In this document: in pieces, positions 46,001 through 55,534 of the stretch
Layout of the letters: each line of letters opens with the position of its first letter
Position numbering within the stretch: position 1 is the first letter of the stretch
Source of the DNA: Candidatus Albibeggiatoa sp. nov. NOAA
GTDB lineage: Bacteria > Pseudomonadota > Gammaproteobacteria > Beggiatoales > Beggiatoaceae
Length of the DNA stretch: 64,000 nt
Assembly: GCF_025800385.1 (NCBI RefSeq)
Contig: NZ_JAOXRS010000223.1
Direction: 5' to 3' (one strand)
The notes under the pieces: generated by a model
What the model saw: the letters and a program-made list of their open reading frames with translations, nothing else
Told to the model about the DNA's origin: nothing
Database searches by the model: none
Program-made: the position numbers and the translations under genes

Positions 46001-47776
46001 CACACCTGCATCTTGATAAGTTTCTATATCCCGATCTAAATCAAAAGAAATTTCAATGTTATTGGTATCACGGTTAAAACGCTGCAAAATAAAACCAAGC
46101 TCTTTACTGCTGGTATCAATCCAAGTGAGTAACACATTGTCACTTGTAATATTTGATGCTTGAAAATTATCAGGAGAATTTGGTGGTACAGGTGGACAAA
46201 TGCCTGTGGTGATCGTAATTGAACTGCTATCAGAATCACCACCACTATCTGTTGCAACAATCTCAAAGGTGTAACTGGTATTACATTTAGCGGTTTGAGA
46301 GTAATTTCTGGTCGTGCTGCCAACGGTTTTAACTGGGCTGCCTGAACGGTAAATTGTAAAAGAATCAGCAATATTATCGGGATATGTCCAACTAAAGCCA
46401 ACTTCAGAGGAACTAGAGATTGTTTCAGCTAATCCTAAAACAGCATATAACGGTTGTTCATCTCCAAAAGTAAAAACCGCATTATCTGGGAATGTCACAC
46501 TACTAAAAATCGCAGTGCTGCCATCATGACTATCTGCACTGATAACGATGTCGTATTTTGAGGCATCATCTCTATTATTGCCTTTGCCATCACTGTCAAT
46601 CATCAATACCATGTTTTCACTTAAACTAAAGCTACTGACATCCACTGTCACATCAACTACAACACCACTGGTATTGCGTACTTTCCATTCGCGTTGAATT
46701 CGTTTGCTGGCAGTAAAATTATAATAACTATTGACAATCTGATTGGTGACAAATTCACCTGTCGTACTGATTAAAGCAAAGCCATCATGTCCCCATAATA
46801 CTGTTTGTCCATCGCCTAAATTGGCTTGCTCCATGGTAATAACACTATTGTTGTTCACGCTTTTAGATTTAGCTTGATTCAAATCATTAGCATCATCACG
46901 CGCAATACCTGCAATATTATTGTTATAGTCTCCCGTACTGTCACCATTGTCATAACTAAATGTGTCGCTCATATTCCATAAAATTGTACCGTCAGCTGCG
47001 ATATAGTTGACGCTGTTTTGTAAGGTAATCCCATATTTCAATGCCAGATAGGTATGTACTTTTTGCAGTTCATCATTCGTTAGAGCACGGTCATAAATGA
47101 TAAATTCGGCTAATAAACCTGAATAATCGGCAATTGCCCCGTCATTTTTACCTAAATAAGCATCATCATCGGCCAAAGATGCACCAATCGTAGAGCTTGA
47201 ATCATAGCTCGAATATACTAAACCGTTATAAAAACCATCTTTTTGCGTGTCCCCTAAAATATCGTCACGTACTCCAACCAGCATAGAAATATTGGAAGGC
47301 ACACTACCTGCACTGAATGAAGCCTTGCCACTACCATCTAACGTTCCATTTTGCATGGCAATCCAAGTCACCACATTATCCGTATCCTCAAATTGAAACA
47401 ACACTTGGTTATCCAAATATTTGTGCATCGCCAAAATGATGGTAATTGTGCCTGAGTTATTGATATTTGGTGTATTGGATACTTTGAGAAAGCGAGCAGC
47501 GTTGGTAAAACTGATATAGGGATTGAAATTAAACACTTCATCCGTTGCATCTTGAACAAATAAAGGATAATTACCTGTATTAGCGAATGAATAGCCATTG
47601 CCTGCACTATCATCCCATTGAGTAATTTCATCAGATTCATTAATAGTTACAGCCGTTGAATCATCTGCTTTTAGCCATAAATTCAGCCCACTCTCAATAC
47701 CTGCTGGGGCAGCAATCGCACTAACAGAGAACAGGAATAATATTGTGCAATGGAAAAAAGTATTTTTGAAAGACAT
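43091..47776 (-). CDS. Giant secreted protein: LamG/concanavalin-like domain - four FN3-like domains - Pro-rich linker - Gly/Asn beta-helix-like repeats - large C-terminal region
   Basis: Signal peptide MSFKNTFFHCTILFLFSVSAIAAP. LNLWLKADD...ITQWDDSAGNG...LAEFIIYDRALT..E..KV..YLALKYGI (LamG plus associated region). Four roughly 90-aa repeats with W.D....E.GF...R...Y.D....C.T.Y.Y (aa about 445-800). PEPxP-type linker. About 25-aa repeats GG..G...N.G.....L. Confidence 0.85.
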   Translation of the reverse strand: MSFKNTFFHCTILFLFSVSAIAAPAGIESGLNLWLKADDSTAVTINESDEITQWDDSAGNGYSFANTGNYPLFVQDATDEVFNFNPYISFTNAARFLKVSNTPNINNSGTITIILAMHKYLDNQVLFQFEDTDNVVTWIAMQNGTLDGSGKASFSAGSVPSNISMLVGVRDDILGDTQKDGFYNGLVYSSYDSSSTIGASLADDDAYLGKNDGAIADYSGLLAEFIIYDRALTNDELQKVHTYLALKYGITLQNSVNYIAADGTILWNMSDTFSYDNGDSTGDYNNNIAGIARDDANDLNQAKSKSVNNNSVITMEQANLGDGQTVLWGHDGFALISTTGEFVTNQIVNSYYNFTASKRIQREWKVRNTSGVVVDVTVDVSSFSLSENMVLMIDSDGKGNNRDDASKYDIVISADSHDGSTAIFSSVTFPDNAVFTFGDEQPLYAVLGLAETISSSSEVGFSWTYPDNIADSFTIYRSGSPVKTVGSTTRNYSQTAKCNTSYTFEIVATDSGGDSDSSSITITTGICPPVPPNSPDNFQASNITSDNVLLTWIDTSSKELGFILQRFNRDTNNIEISFDLDRDIETYQDAGVICETNYTYSIVARGSANNSSSISFNLTTALCAPSNLEINKTDTEINLAWVDNTNLETGFIVTRHIEGDEDNLVEFELSRNTESFIDTEFECGITYIYNLVAIASDGSTSSAISQTLTTTNCPELTNAPSNFSANNITQTSISLTWSDDYDTETGFVLSRNGQLLSNLAANSTSYTDNTVTCSTSYIYILSALQDATQSPSAELNVSSLDCDVVDEPVDPEITEPIPIITSAPSDKSEIPVEPVTPELPIIEPLEPELTVPLPTDPVIPLPAEPNEQPILPSEISSNSPITSTSNSGLPKTSKLGIVPVPTSNHNQISGNLSILKAGVVTGGSLENTNQSIGLVADITLLPDSVLAGGKMSGSNQNQGIVQDIHLTQYSELIGGVVAGQIDNNGLMQNITIAENAILASSLSSGALTGRLRNFGTIQGLMRLQAGSSLFGGIIDGEIIGDVKNPPFIGMAHINEGSILKNVRLSPTAILPDNVTLINVILPNDTTSPDLQDFNLDPNQLSQLTAETIQFEPTIWSILDSHELALIPAEAFAGINAEAMQFMSVRIINQLSLAQFSYIPIAAFTGLTRDNMTAFDPQIMHLWTEAHLTTLNPTEWENALLVSKILANLNPELVSIETIQTILPTSWQIDIQTGALTAPVDGLLSFPAFSNQQVLGDIQLPFIPDTSSRLGFAGLGTGNTVQTSLNQTLKATRLDEVDLSQFIFTQNQFGIFNIVGTGEYEGTVFAFMPDANNIEQAPLDVAVGVALLENGRFRMTTPDFQQFELIPAPNNPRDLQRALGRDGEMLMSPNGDVMMGLNPPQTRRTRFETEVMMIGVFDAFVEPAPDSFCECGFGMEFPSELGFPSFRARSEAQITYADGSKQKIYPTVAYPNHLVDLLQQFENVDKVLYNADGSFTVSVKQPAEIYKLEPDFDVDMIRLKLGEKRQPRIQLQTINDELFLTYQVQYEDLWLVFNLLVTKQIQ
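45376..46441 (-). repeat. Four tandem FN3-like coding repeats inside the 1561-aa protein
   Basis: Protein-level repeats. Examples: NITSDNVLLTWIDTSSKELGFILQR, KTDTEINLAWVDNTNLETGFIVTR, NITQTSISLTWSDDYDTETGFVLSR. Each ends with a Cys just before the next repeat. Confidence 0.7.
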
Positions 47777-48001
47777 ACTTAAAGCCTATTGAAAGGACAG
47801 TGGTCTTATTTGAAATAATAGATATTTTGAGCTTGAAAACAAGTTTTAAATAATAATGATGCTAAGCTTTCGTAAGATGAGATTTGGTAAAAAAGATGGT
47901 TTGGAGGGATAGATAATTGCAATTATAAAAATTGTGAAAGCCCCAGAGAATCATTCTTTGAGGCGATTTAATTATTGATGAGTCACACTTTTCACAGGTG
48001 C

Positions 48002-48730
48002 TTAAAACACTGACCAACCATTGGGAACATCACGAGATGGTGGTAATTGAGATTTAGGTATATCAATTGAGACCGCGACTGTTGCAGGGTGGTTGCTGGT
48101 ATGACGAGGAACAGAGAGTGCGCTTGTAGTTGTATTGATTTTATACTCGGCCATTGCACTGATTAAGCCCTCAGCTTCTATAGCAAACAAACCATCAGGG
48201 TACTGCTCTCCCCGTTGCGGCACTAAGCTATACATCCATTGCGCTGCATCTGTATTTTGTTGAGCAATAGTATTTAATAACTGCTCGTTAATATCAAATG
48301 CGACATGTTCACTGTAAACACATTTTCCATACAAACCCAATGCACTACAGTCCTCAACTTGTCTCAATGTTTGCGTATTTGCAACTTGTTGACCATTGGG
48401 CACAGTATAATTCGCTTGCTTATAATGTCGCCAATCACCACGACCATTACCGCTGTAATACACGACATTGTAAATCTGGAAGCTCTTTTGCCCTGTGCGC
48501 TTATCAATAAAGCCACGGAAAAAGTTATCATCCCACACAACCGAACCATGACGTTTTTGATGTGCATACACAGTTGAAAATGAAATGATATGACCTTCAT
48601 CATTCGCAATCACAGACTGCTTAAAGTGCTCAATATCATTGGACTGTGAGCCAGTATTTATATAAGGGTCTAAAGTACAACTTGTAACTAAAAATAAAAC
48701 AAATAAAAGGCTCAAACGGCTAACTAACAT
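48002..48730 (-). CDS. Hypothetical lipoprotein
   Basis: Lipobox LVTSC after a hydrophobic N-terminus. Start codon lies 2 nt after the upstream sulfotransferase stop, with the RBS aaggag inside that gene. I recognise no family. Confidence 0.65.
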   Translation of the reverse strand: MLVSRLSLLFVLFLVTSCTLDPYINTGSQSNDIEHFKQSVIANDEGHIISFSTVYAHQKRHGSVVWDDNFFRGFIDKRTGQKSFQIYNVVYYSGNGRGDWRHYKQANYTVPNGQQVANTQTLRQVEDCSALGLYGKCVYSEHVAFDINEQLLNTIAQQNTDAAQWMYSLVPQRGEQYPDGLFAIEAEGLISAMAEYKINTTTSALSVPRHTSNHPATVAVSIDIPKSQLPPSRDVPNGWSVF

Positions 48731-48732
48731 AA

Positions 48733-49575
48733 TTACTCCTTACTGTTAAGCGATGCAAACTGCTTAATCCATCTTTTTAACTTTGAATAAGTACCAATAT
48801 TGGGTTTTATGGGACTTATCAAATGATGACTCGGGTAAGGAATATCAGGAATCGACAGTGTTGGCAATGTTGCTGATACACGGCTTTCATCTTGCCAATA
48901 GAGCTTCCGTTTTCTACTTTCCTCAACCACAAATTCTTGAATACGTTCACGCTTTTCAGCATCAAACTCAACTTGTACAAATTCTGCCAACTTTTCTGCA
49001 ATTTGCATGGGGTGAGCACGAATTTCTTCAAAATTTAAAAAAACCGTAGGATAATCATTGCGCATATAAAAATCTGCGATACGAAAATTATAATAATTTA
49101 CCACTTTATAAGTATAATCAAATGGCAAACGGAAAATCTTATGACATGCAATTGCATTAGTTAACGGATTTCGTTGTGTAATAATAAAATGCGGATTTTC
49201 TAAATGTGGTAAAAATAAATCAATGGTTAAACTGGTTTTTGGGTTTTTAAACCCCCAGAGTGTATGATTAGTTGAGTATTTATCAACAAAATCAATAATA
49301 TCTTGTTCAATAAATGGTTTTTGGGCTAAAATGTCTTGGTGTTCAGGCGGCGACCAGTGTGCATCGATACCCTCGATCACAGCTTCTCTGGCTGCAAGCT
49401 GGAATATTTTAGTATTGATTAAGTGAGCATCTAAACTTTCATAAAAGCCTTTGGGTGCATGAATACCTGGTTTTCCATAATCGGCATCCATAGCCACACC
49501 TAACGCTTTTAAAATGCCAGTGGCTAAGGTAGTGCCACTACGGGCATTCCCTAACACTACAAATGTTTTAGCCAT
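48733..49575 (-). CDS. Sulfotransferase family protein
   Basis: N-terminal PAPS 5'-phosphosulfate-binding loop VVLGNARSGTT and a later ITQRNPL..AIAC block (3'-phosphate-binding-like). Confidence 0.7.
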   Translation of the reverse strand: MAKTFVVLGNARSGTTLATGILKALGVAMDADYGKPGIHAPKGFYESLDAHLINTKIFQLAAREAVIEGIDAHWSPPEHQDILAQKPFIEQDIIDFVDKYSTNHTLWGFKNPKTSLTIDLFLPHLENPHFIITQRNPLTNAIACHKIFRLPFDYTYKVVNYYNFRIADFYMRNDYPTVFLNFEEIRAHPMQIAEKLAEFVQVEFDAEKRERIQEFVVEESRKRKLYWQDESRVSATLPTLSIPDIPYPSHHLISPIKPNIGTYSKLKRWIKQFASLNSKE

Positions 49576-49687
49576 GTGTGTTCATTATTTTGAAATATGA
49601 GAATTTTTTAAGCGACCTAACACTTTACAGCTAGGCAAGCTTCATTATACCCTAATTAATTAATCAGTGATATTTTTAGATACGACC

Positions 49688-50626
49688 ATGCAAATCAAAC
49701 AGCCTATCTTTCTTGTTGGTGCAGAACGCTCTGGAACGACTTTATTGCGTTTAATGCTTGACCATCATCCTAACATTGCATTTTTGTATGAATTTGAATT
49801 TGCTGTAGATCAAATCGATGCAAATGGTAATTATCCAAATATCCAGCAATATCATGAATATTTGGCTTATCACCGTATTTTTCTAGGGGCTAACTTAGAA
49901 ATTGATCCTAATCTTAACTATGCTGAGCTGGTGAATAGCTTTCTACAACAAAAACAGTCTCGAGATAATAAGCCGTTGATCGGCGCAACAGTACATCATC
50001 AATTCCAACATTTATTAAAAATTTGGCCTGAAGCAAAGTTTATCCATTTAATTCGGGATGGGCGTGATGTGGCACGTTCTACGATACAAATGGGTTGGGC
50101 TGGCAATATGTATATGGGGGTTGAACGCTGGATTGAAGCGGAACTGATTTGGAAGCAAATGGCGAAACAATTAGCACCTGAGCAACAAATTTCTGTACAT
50201 TATGAGGATTTAATTCGTGATGCTGATGGCGTATTACAACGTATTTGTGATTTTACAGGGGTTGAATTTGATAACGCCATGTATAGCTATGCAGACAAAA
50301 CCACGTATAGCGTGCCTGATCCTAAAATTTTAGAGCGTTGGCGTAAATTGCCGCAAAAAGACTTACAACTGGTTGAATGTCGAATTGCTGAAATGTTAAC
50401 AGAGCGAGATTATCCATTAAGTGGTCATCCAATTTTACCAGATAGTGCAAATTTGAAATTTAGAATGAAAATGGACAATCGCGTACGCAATATTTTGTTC
50501 AGAATTAAGCGTTATTCGTTTAGATTGTGGTTAGCTGACTTAATATCACGACGCTTTGGATTCAGTAAATGGCAACAACAAGTGCGTTTGAAAATGAATG
50601 AAAAAGATAAAGCCTACTTAAGATAG
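49688..50626 (+). CDS. Sulfotransferase family protein
   Basis: FLVGAERSGTTLLRLMLDHHP (5'-PSB loop) and HLIRDGRDVARS (3'-PB motif). The ATG at 49688 is preferred over the GTG at 49667. Confidence 0.8.
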   Translation: MQIKQPIFLVGAERSGTTLLRLMLDHHPNIAFLYEFEFAVDQIDANGNYPNIQQYHEYLAYHRIFLGANLEIDPNLNYAELVNSFLQQKQSRDNKPLIGATVHHQFQHLLKIWPEAKFIHLIRDGRDVARSTIQMGWAGNMYMGVERWIEAELIWKQMAKQLAPEQQISVHYEDLIRDADGVLQRICDFTGVEFDNAMYSYADKTTYSVPDPKILERWRKLPQKDLQLVECRIAEMLTERDYPLSGHPILPDSANLKFRMKMDNRVRNILFRIKRYSFRLWLADLISRRFGFSKWQQQVRLKMNEKDKAYLR

Positions 50627-50747
50627 AAGGTGGGTATTTTGCCAGTTTTAAACAATCCGAGTTGCCAAGAAGTTTCAGTTTAAATACTGGATATTCTTAG
50701 CAAACGGGTTGAATTAAGCTATTTAAAAAAAGCGATCAATATTCTTT

Positions 50748-51530
50748 TCAAGGCTTATAAATATCGTAGCGGGTGTTTTTACTTTCCACTTGGGTATGCG
50801 GTTTGATCTCTGGTACATCTTCACCATTCGCAGACAAGAGCGGTGCACCTTTTGGCCTTTTCACCACCACACGTTGTTTGACGCGTTGTAATGCAATTGC
50901 TAACACATCATAACTATCATGATCTTCACCCACCACTTGCCGAATAAAACGCATCTCTTTTTTAACCAAAGCTGACTTCTGGCGGTGTGGATACATCGGG
51001 TCTAAATACACCACGTCGGGATAACTTTCACTATCCAAGTTTTGCAAATAATCCTGTGTAGGCTGATGGATTAACCGCATATTATCCCAGATAACCTTTA
51101 ATTCAGCTTGCTGTTCTAAACGTTGTAAACCATCTGTAAGCAAAGCCGCCAAAACAGGTGAACGTTCCATCATAGTAACCTGACAACCCAAAACAGCCAA
51201 CACAAACGCATCCCGACCTAATCCTGCAGTCGCATCCAATACTTTTAAATGCTTGTGCTTTTTTAAGCCAATTGCTCGCGGTAAGGGTTGATTACGGCCA
51301 CAATTATGCTCACGCCGATAGCCCAACTTACCTTGGACAAAATCAACGTATACACCTTGGGTTTTCTCTGTATTAGAGTGCAAGGCTAAATGCTGTTGAT
51401 TTAGTTCAAGATATAGCTGGTTTGACGCTGTGGATATTGTTTCAACAAGGGGAAAATTGAATTGTGCAGCCAAACGTTGTGCTTGTGGTTGCAAATCCGT
51501 CTGACTGCAATAAATGGGAATATTATTCAC
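50748..51530 (-). CDS. rsmJ: 16S rRNA (guanine1516-N2)-methyltransferase RsmJ
   Basis: VLDATAGLGRDAFVLAVLGCQVTMMERSPVLAALL.DGL, VVYLDPMYP and VVVKRP blocks. The likely GTG start at 51530 overlaps the upstream slyB-like stop (GTGAATAA). The track ORF (to 51581) would overlap that gene by 59 nt. Confidence 0.8.
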   Translation of the reverse strand: MNNIPIYCSQTDLQPQAQRLAAQFNFPLVETISTASNQLYLELNQQHLALHSNTEKTQGVYVDFVQGKLGYRREHNCGRNQPLPRAIGLKKHKHLKVLDATAGLGRDAFVLAVLGCQVTMMERSPVLAALLTDGLQRLEQQAELKVIWDNMRLIHQPTQDYLQNLDSESYPDVVYLDPMYPHRQKSALVKKEMRFIRQVVGEDHDSYDVLAIALQRVKQRVVVKRPKGAPLLSANGEDVPEIKPHTQVESKNTRYDIYKP

Positions 51531-52002
51531 TACCCGCCCGATACACGCGACTTTCACGAGAGCTATGTAACACACGTACACGGTCGTTAATTAAAAATTC
51601 ATCAGGATGTTCAAAGGCTTGAACTAAAGCAATAATTTTACCGCTATCTAATTCAATGGTTAATTCCACACCATCTTGTCGGGTTGTACCTTCTTCAAGT
51701 GCAGAACCTGCAATACCACCGATAATCGCACCAACCGTTGCCGCAATCACACTGCCACGGCCGCCACCAATCGTGCTACCTGCTACACCACCGACAACAC
51801 CACCACCGATTGTACCGACACCACTTTTTGTGCCTTCAATTTTTACCTTGCGAATATCGATCACTTTGCCCATTTCAACCGTCTGTATACGTTGTGATTG
51901 ATCGCGACTGTATACATCACCTTCTTTACTGGTCGCACAGCCAATCAAAGACAATAACATGATTCCAATTAAGGTTAATTTACTGATACTCATAAATTTC
52001 AT
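51523..52002 (-). CDS. slyB: Outer-membrane lipoprotein SlyB/PCP family (glycine-zipper)
   Basis: Lipobox LIGC. Glycine-zipper stretch GVGTIGGGVVGGVAGSTIGGGRGSVIAATVGAIIGGIAGS. Confidence 0.8.
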   Translation of the reverse strand: MKFMSISKLTLIGIMLLSLIGCATSKEGDVYSRDQSQRIQTVEMGKVIDIRKVKIEGTKSGVGTIGGGVVGGVAGSTIGGGRGSVIAATVGAIIGGIAGSALEEGTTRQDGVELTIELDSGKIIALVQAFEHPDEFLINDRVRVLHSSRESRVYRAGSE

Positions 52003-52167
52003 CTCAACATAAATGAATTACAAAGGATTATAGAAGTTCTATTAAATTTTATCTATAGCAGCTTATATGCCGATTTTATCCATTTTTGCATTTCATGCTT
52101 GAGAATTAGTGAATTGCCTGCTATTAAATTGGATAAGTTAAAAAATATTGACTTAGGAGTCATTAAC

Positions 52168-53829
52168 ATGAGACGCACAGTTTTTTTGATGTTGCTCAGT
52201 GTCTGGGCATTTAATTTACAAGCTGCAACCATTCGTGTCACCACCACTGAAGATGCTAGGATTCAAGATGGCAAATGTAGTTTACGTGAGGCAGTACAAG
52301 CCGCCAATCAAAATAAAGCGGTTGATTCATGTCGGGCGGGCAGCCGTAATTATACCGATGTGATTCAATTAGGTGCGAAAGAATACCTGTTAAGCATTGA
52401 TTTACTTGACATTACGGAAAATGTCATTGTATCAGGTAAAGGTATGAGCCAAACAACGGTAAATGGTCAAAACCGTACTCGTTTGTTTTTTGTACGATCA
52501 GGTGTTGATCTGCAATTACAAGATTTAACTTTAACCCAAGGCCGAACAACTAATTTTGGTGGCGCGATTACCAATGCAGGCGGGTTGGTTACGTTGTATC
52601 ACTGTTTATTCAAACAAAATCTTGCTACAGGTTCATCTAGTGCAGGCGGGGCAATTTTCAATTATAGCGGTACAGTCAACGTACACTATAGCCAATTTGT
52701 TGAAAATACTGCTGAACGTGGTTATGGCGGTGGTGCAATTTTTAATTATCAAGGTCGCCTAAATATAGAAAATAGCCAATTCCTAGATAACCAAGCTAAT
52801 ACAGGTTTTGGTGGTGCGGGAATTTATAATAGTGAAGGCATTGCTAATATCATGAATAGCAGTTTTTCTGGTAACCAAGCCAATTTCGGTGGTGGATTGT
52901 TTAACAGAGATGGTGTAGTGAATTTAGCCAACGTCACATTATCAGGTAACCATGCTACTTTTGGCGGTGCATTGAATACCTTTAAAGGGGCAACTTATTT
53001 ATCGCATACAACAATTGTAAATAATACAGCCAATTACGGTGCGGGCGTTGATAATGATGGCCAACTATTTTTAGCAGCTTCTATTGTGTTAAACAACCAA
53101 TCTAAAGTCGGGGCGGCAGGTTGTAACAATGGTAGTAACAGCCAAATTACAACAGGTGGTTACAATGTATTTGCTATCGATAATGGATGTGAAAAACAAG
53201 CCACTGATTTAGTATTGGCTGATGCGGCGACTCAGTTAGATTTAACCTTGAAGCAAAATGACGCTGCTAACGGAATGCCTTTAACCCATGCTTTACTTGA
53301 AAATAGTGTGTTAATCGATGCGATTCCTGCACAAGATTGTCGCTACCTTAGTCAAGTGCATGGCTACAACCCATTGTTTTCTCATCGTGACCGCGTCTTA
53401 GTCGACCAACGTAATGCTGTACGTGATTATCAACAAGCGTGTGATATTGGCGCGTATGAGTTTGCCGCTGTGCCACCAAGCAAAACCACGGATGCACCTA
53501 ATTTACCAACCACACATTATCTAACTGTGAAAATCCAAGGCGAAGGCCATGTCAGCAGTTATCCAGCAGGCTTAAATTGCGGTGCGAACCAAACATGTCA
53601 GGTTGAGTTTTATACAGGTACAGATTTAACCTTAACCGCAGAAGCAACTGAAAATACCAAATTGGTTGCATGGGAAGGTGATTGTGCGACAAAAACCAAT
53701 ACGCGTAGACGTTTAACCCGTGCTTTGATTGTGCCTGAACCAGAACCTGTTGACCCACCTGTGAATCAAACCGTACGTGTTAATTTAAATACACATAAAC
53801 AATGTACAGCGGTATTCGCAGCCAATTAA
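52168..53829 (+). CDS. Secreted right-handed beta-helix protein with Pmp-like GGAI/FxxN repeats (choice-of-anchor-Q-like N-terminus) and C-terminal InlB-B-repeat-like module
   Basis: RBS aggag before the ATG at 52168. Signal peptide MRRTVFLMLLSVWAFNLQA. ATIRVTTTED...DGKCSLREAVQAAN. At least six repeats such as GGAITNAGGLVTLYHCLFKQNLA and GGAIFNYSGTVNVHYSQFVENTA. C-terminal YLTVKIQGEGHVSSYPAGLNCGANQTCQVEFYTGTDLTLTAEA...WEGDC. Confidence 0.75.
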   Translation: MRRTVFLMLLSVWAFNLQAATIRVTTTEDARIQDGKCSLREAVQAANQNKAVDSCRAGSRNYTDVIQLGAKEYLLSIDLLDITENVIVSGKGMSQTTVNGQNRTRLFFVRSGVDLQLQDLTLTQGRTTNFGGAITNAGGLVTLYHCLFKQNLATGSSSAGGAIFNYSGTVNVHYSQFVENTAERGYGGGAIFNYQGRLNIENSQFLDNQANTGFGGAGIYNSEGIANIMNSSFSGNQANFGGGLFNRDGVVNLANVTLSGNHATFGGALNTFKGATYLSHTTIVNNTANYGAGVDNDGQLFLAASIVLNNQSKVGAAGCNNGSNSQITTGGYNVFAIDNGCEKQATDLVLADAATQLDLTLKQNDAANGMPLTHALLENSVLIDAIPAQDCRYLSQVHGYNPLFSHRDRVLVDQRNAVRDYQQACDIGAYEFAAVPPSKTTDAPNLPTTHYLTVKIQGEGHVSSYPAGLNCGANQTCQVEFYTGTDLTLTAEATENTKLVAWEGDCATKTNTRRRLTRALIVPEPEPVDPPVNQTVRVNLNTHKQCTAVFAAN

Positions 53830-53835
53830 TTTTTT

Positions 53836-53870
53836 AAGGACTGCTCACTCTTGATGGGTTGGCAGTCCTT
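53836..53870. terminator. Hairpin between convergent beta-helix gene and ugd
   Basis: 9-bp inverted repeat aaggactgc...gcagtcctt with a 17-nt loop. No proper T-run on either strand. Confidence 0.3.
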
Positions 53871-53878
53871 CAACAATA

Positions 53879-55219
53879 TTATTTCCGTTTCAAACTATCC
53901 CCGCGCCCAATTGCATAATAAGTAAAACCTCTATCCTGCATTTTCTGCGGCTCGTATAAATTACGTCCGTCAAAAATGACTGCTTGGTTCAGTTTCTGTT
54001 TAATCAAATCAAAATCAGGGCTGCGGAACATCCGCCATTCCGTCACAATAATTAAGGCTTCAGCATTGTCTAAAGTGGCTTCTGGTGTATCGCATAATTG
54101 CAAATCATCACGCTCACCATAAATACGTATGGCTTCTTGCATCGCTTCAGGATCATACGCTTGCACAGTCGCACCTTGCTCCCATAATGCTTGCATTAAA
54201 TTACGGCTAGGAGCTTCACGCATATCATCGGTATTTGGTTTAAAGGCTAAACCCCATAGCGCAAACCGTTTGCCTTTTAGTTCGCCGTTGAAATGTTTGT
54301 GTACTTTGGTAAATAAATTTTGACGTTGTAAATCATTCACCTGCTGCACTGCATTTAACACTTTCGGTTCAACGTTTACATCTTCAGCAATCTTGGTTAA
54401 CGCTTTCACATCTTTCGGGAAACATGAACCACCAAAACCCGCACCAGGGTAAATAAAGTGAAATCCGATCCGTGGATCAGAACCAATACCAATCCGTACA
54501 TTTTCAATATCAGCCCCGACTTGTTCCGCAATATTGGCCATTTCATTCATAAAACTGATCTTGGTGGCGAGCATGGCATTGGCAGCATATTTGGTCAATT
54601 CCGCCGAACGTACATCCATGATAATCAAACGATCATGATTACGGTTAAACGGTGCATATAATTCACGCATCACCTCCGCAGGACGTTCACTATTTGTACC
54701 TACCACAATCCGATCAGGCTTCATAAAGTCTTCAATCGCCGCACCTTCTTTTAAGAACTCAGGGTTTGAAATCACATCAAATTCTAATTGTGCACCGCGT
54801 GTTGCCAAGGTTTCTGCTACTTTTGCATGAACTTTGTCCGCTGTTCCTACAGGTACAGTCGACTTGTCCATAATCACTTTGTAATCATCCATATACTGGC
54901 CAATGGATTCAGCAACTTGTAACACATATTGCAAATCAGCCGACCCATCTTCATCAGGCGGTGTACCTACAGCAATGCATTGTACCTCACCATGTTTCAC
55001 CGCCATTTCGGTATCACAAGTGAATTGAATTCGGCCACTGGCTAAGTTAGATTTAAGTAAATTTTCTAACCCCGGCTCATAAATCGGTGATTCACCCCCG
55101 CGCAACATTTCAGTCTTACGTTCATCTACATCTACACAAACTACATGATTCCCCACTTCTGCCAAACATACGCCCGTTACTAGCCCAACATAGCCAGAAC
55201 CAAAAACAGTAATACGCAT
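53879..55219 (-). CDS. ugd: UDP-glucose 6-dehydrogenase
   Basis: [16 protein letters not shown] Rossmann start, catalytic [10 protein letters not shown], and C-terminal UDP-binding domain. The ATG at 55219 gives the canonical N-terminus. The track start at 55258 adds 13 aa. Confidence 0.95.
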   Translation of the reverse strand: MRITVFGSGYVGLVTGVCLAEVGNHVVCVDVDERKTEMLRGGESPIYEPGLENLLKSNLASGRIQFTCDTEMAVKHGEVQCIAVGTPPDEDGSADLQYVLQVAESIGQYMDDYKVIMDKSTVPVGTADKVHAKVAETLATRGAQLEFDVISNPEFLKEGAAIEDFMKPDRIVVGTNSERPAEVMRELYAPFNRNHDRLIIMDVRSAELTKYAANAMLATKISFMNEMANIAEQVGADIENVRIGIGSDPRIGFHFIYPGAGFGGSCFPKDVKALTKIAEDVNVEPKVLNAVQQVNDLQRQNLFTKVHKHFNGELKGKRFALWGLAFKPNTDDMREAPSRNLMQALWEQGATVQAYDPEAMQEAIRIYGERDDLQLCDTPEATLDNAEALIIVTEWRMFRSPDFDLIKQKLNQAVIFDGRNLYEPQKMQDRGFTYYAIGRGDSLKRK

Positions 55220-55534
55220 TAATGAAATGCCCCCGTTATTATTTTGAATATCAATCAATTTTTAGAATAGTGATAGGCAATAGTACGGTATGTACAGGAA
55301 AATGTTGTGCATCATACAGTTGCTCTATCCATTACTCACTACTGTAGCCCAGTTGCATGAAATAAACATGAAAACCAACAATTTTTTTACTTTACGACGT
55401 TTTATTTATATGAAAAGTGTGATGATTAGTGCAGTTTACAAGTTTTTGGTTTAGTGTCAGAATAAAAAATACATAATAACAATAACTTGATTTATTCGCT
55501 CTTGAAACATGATTTATACCAAAGGAGATTATTC

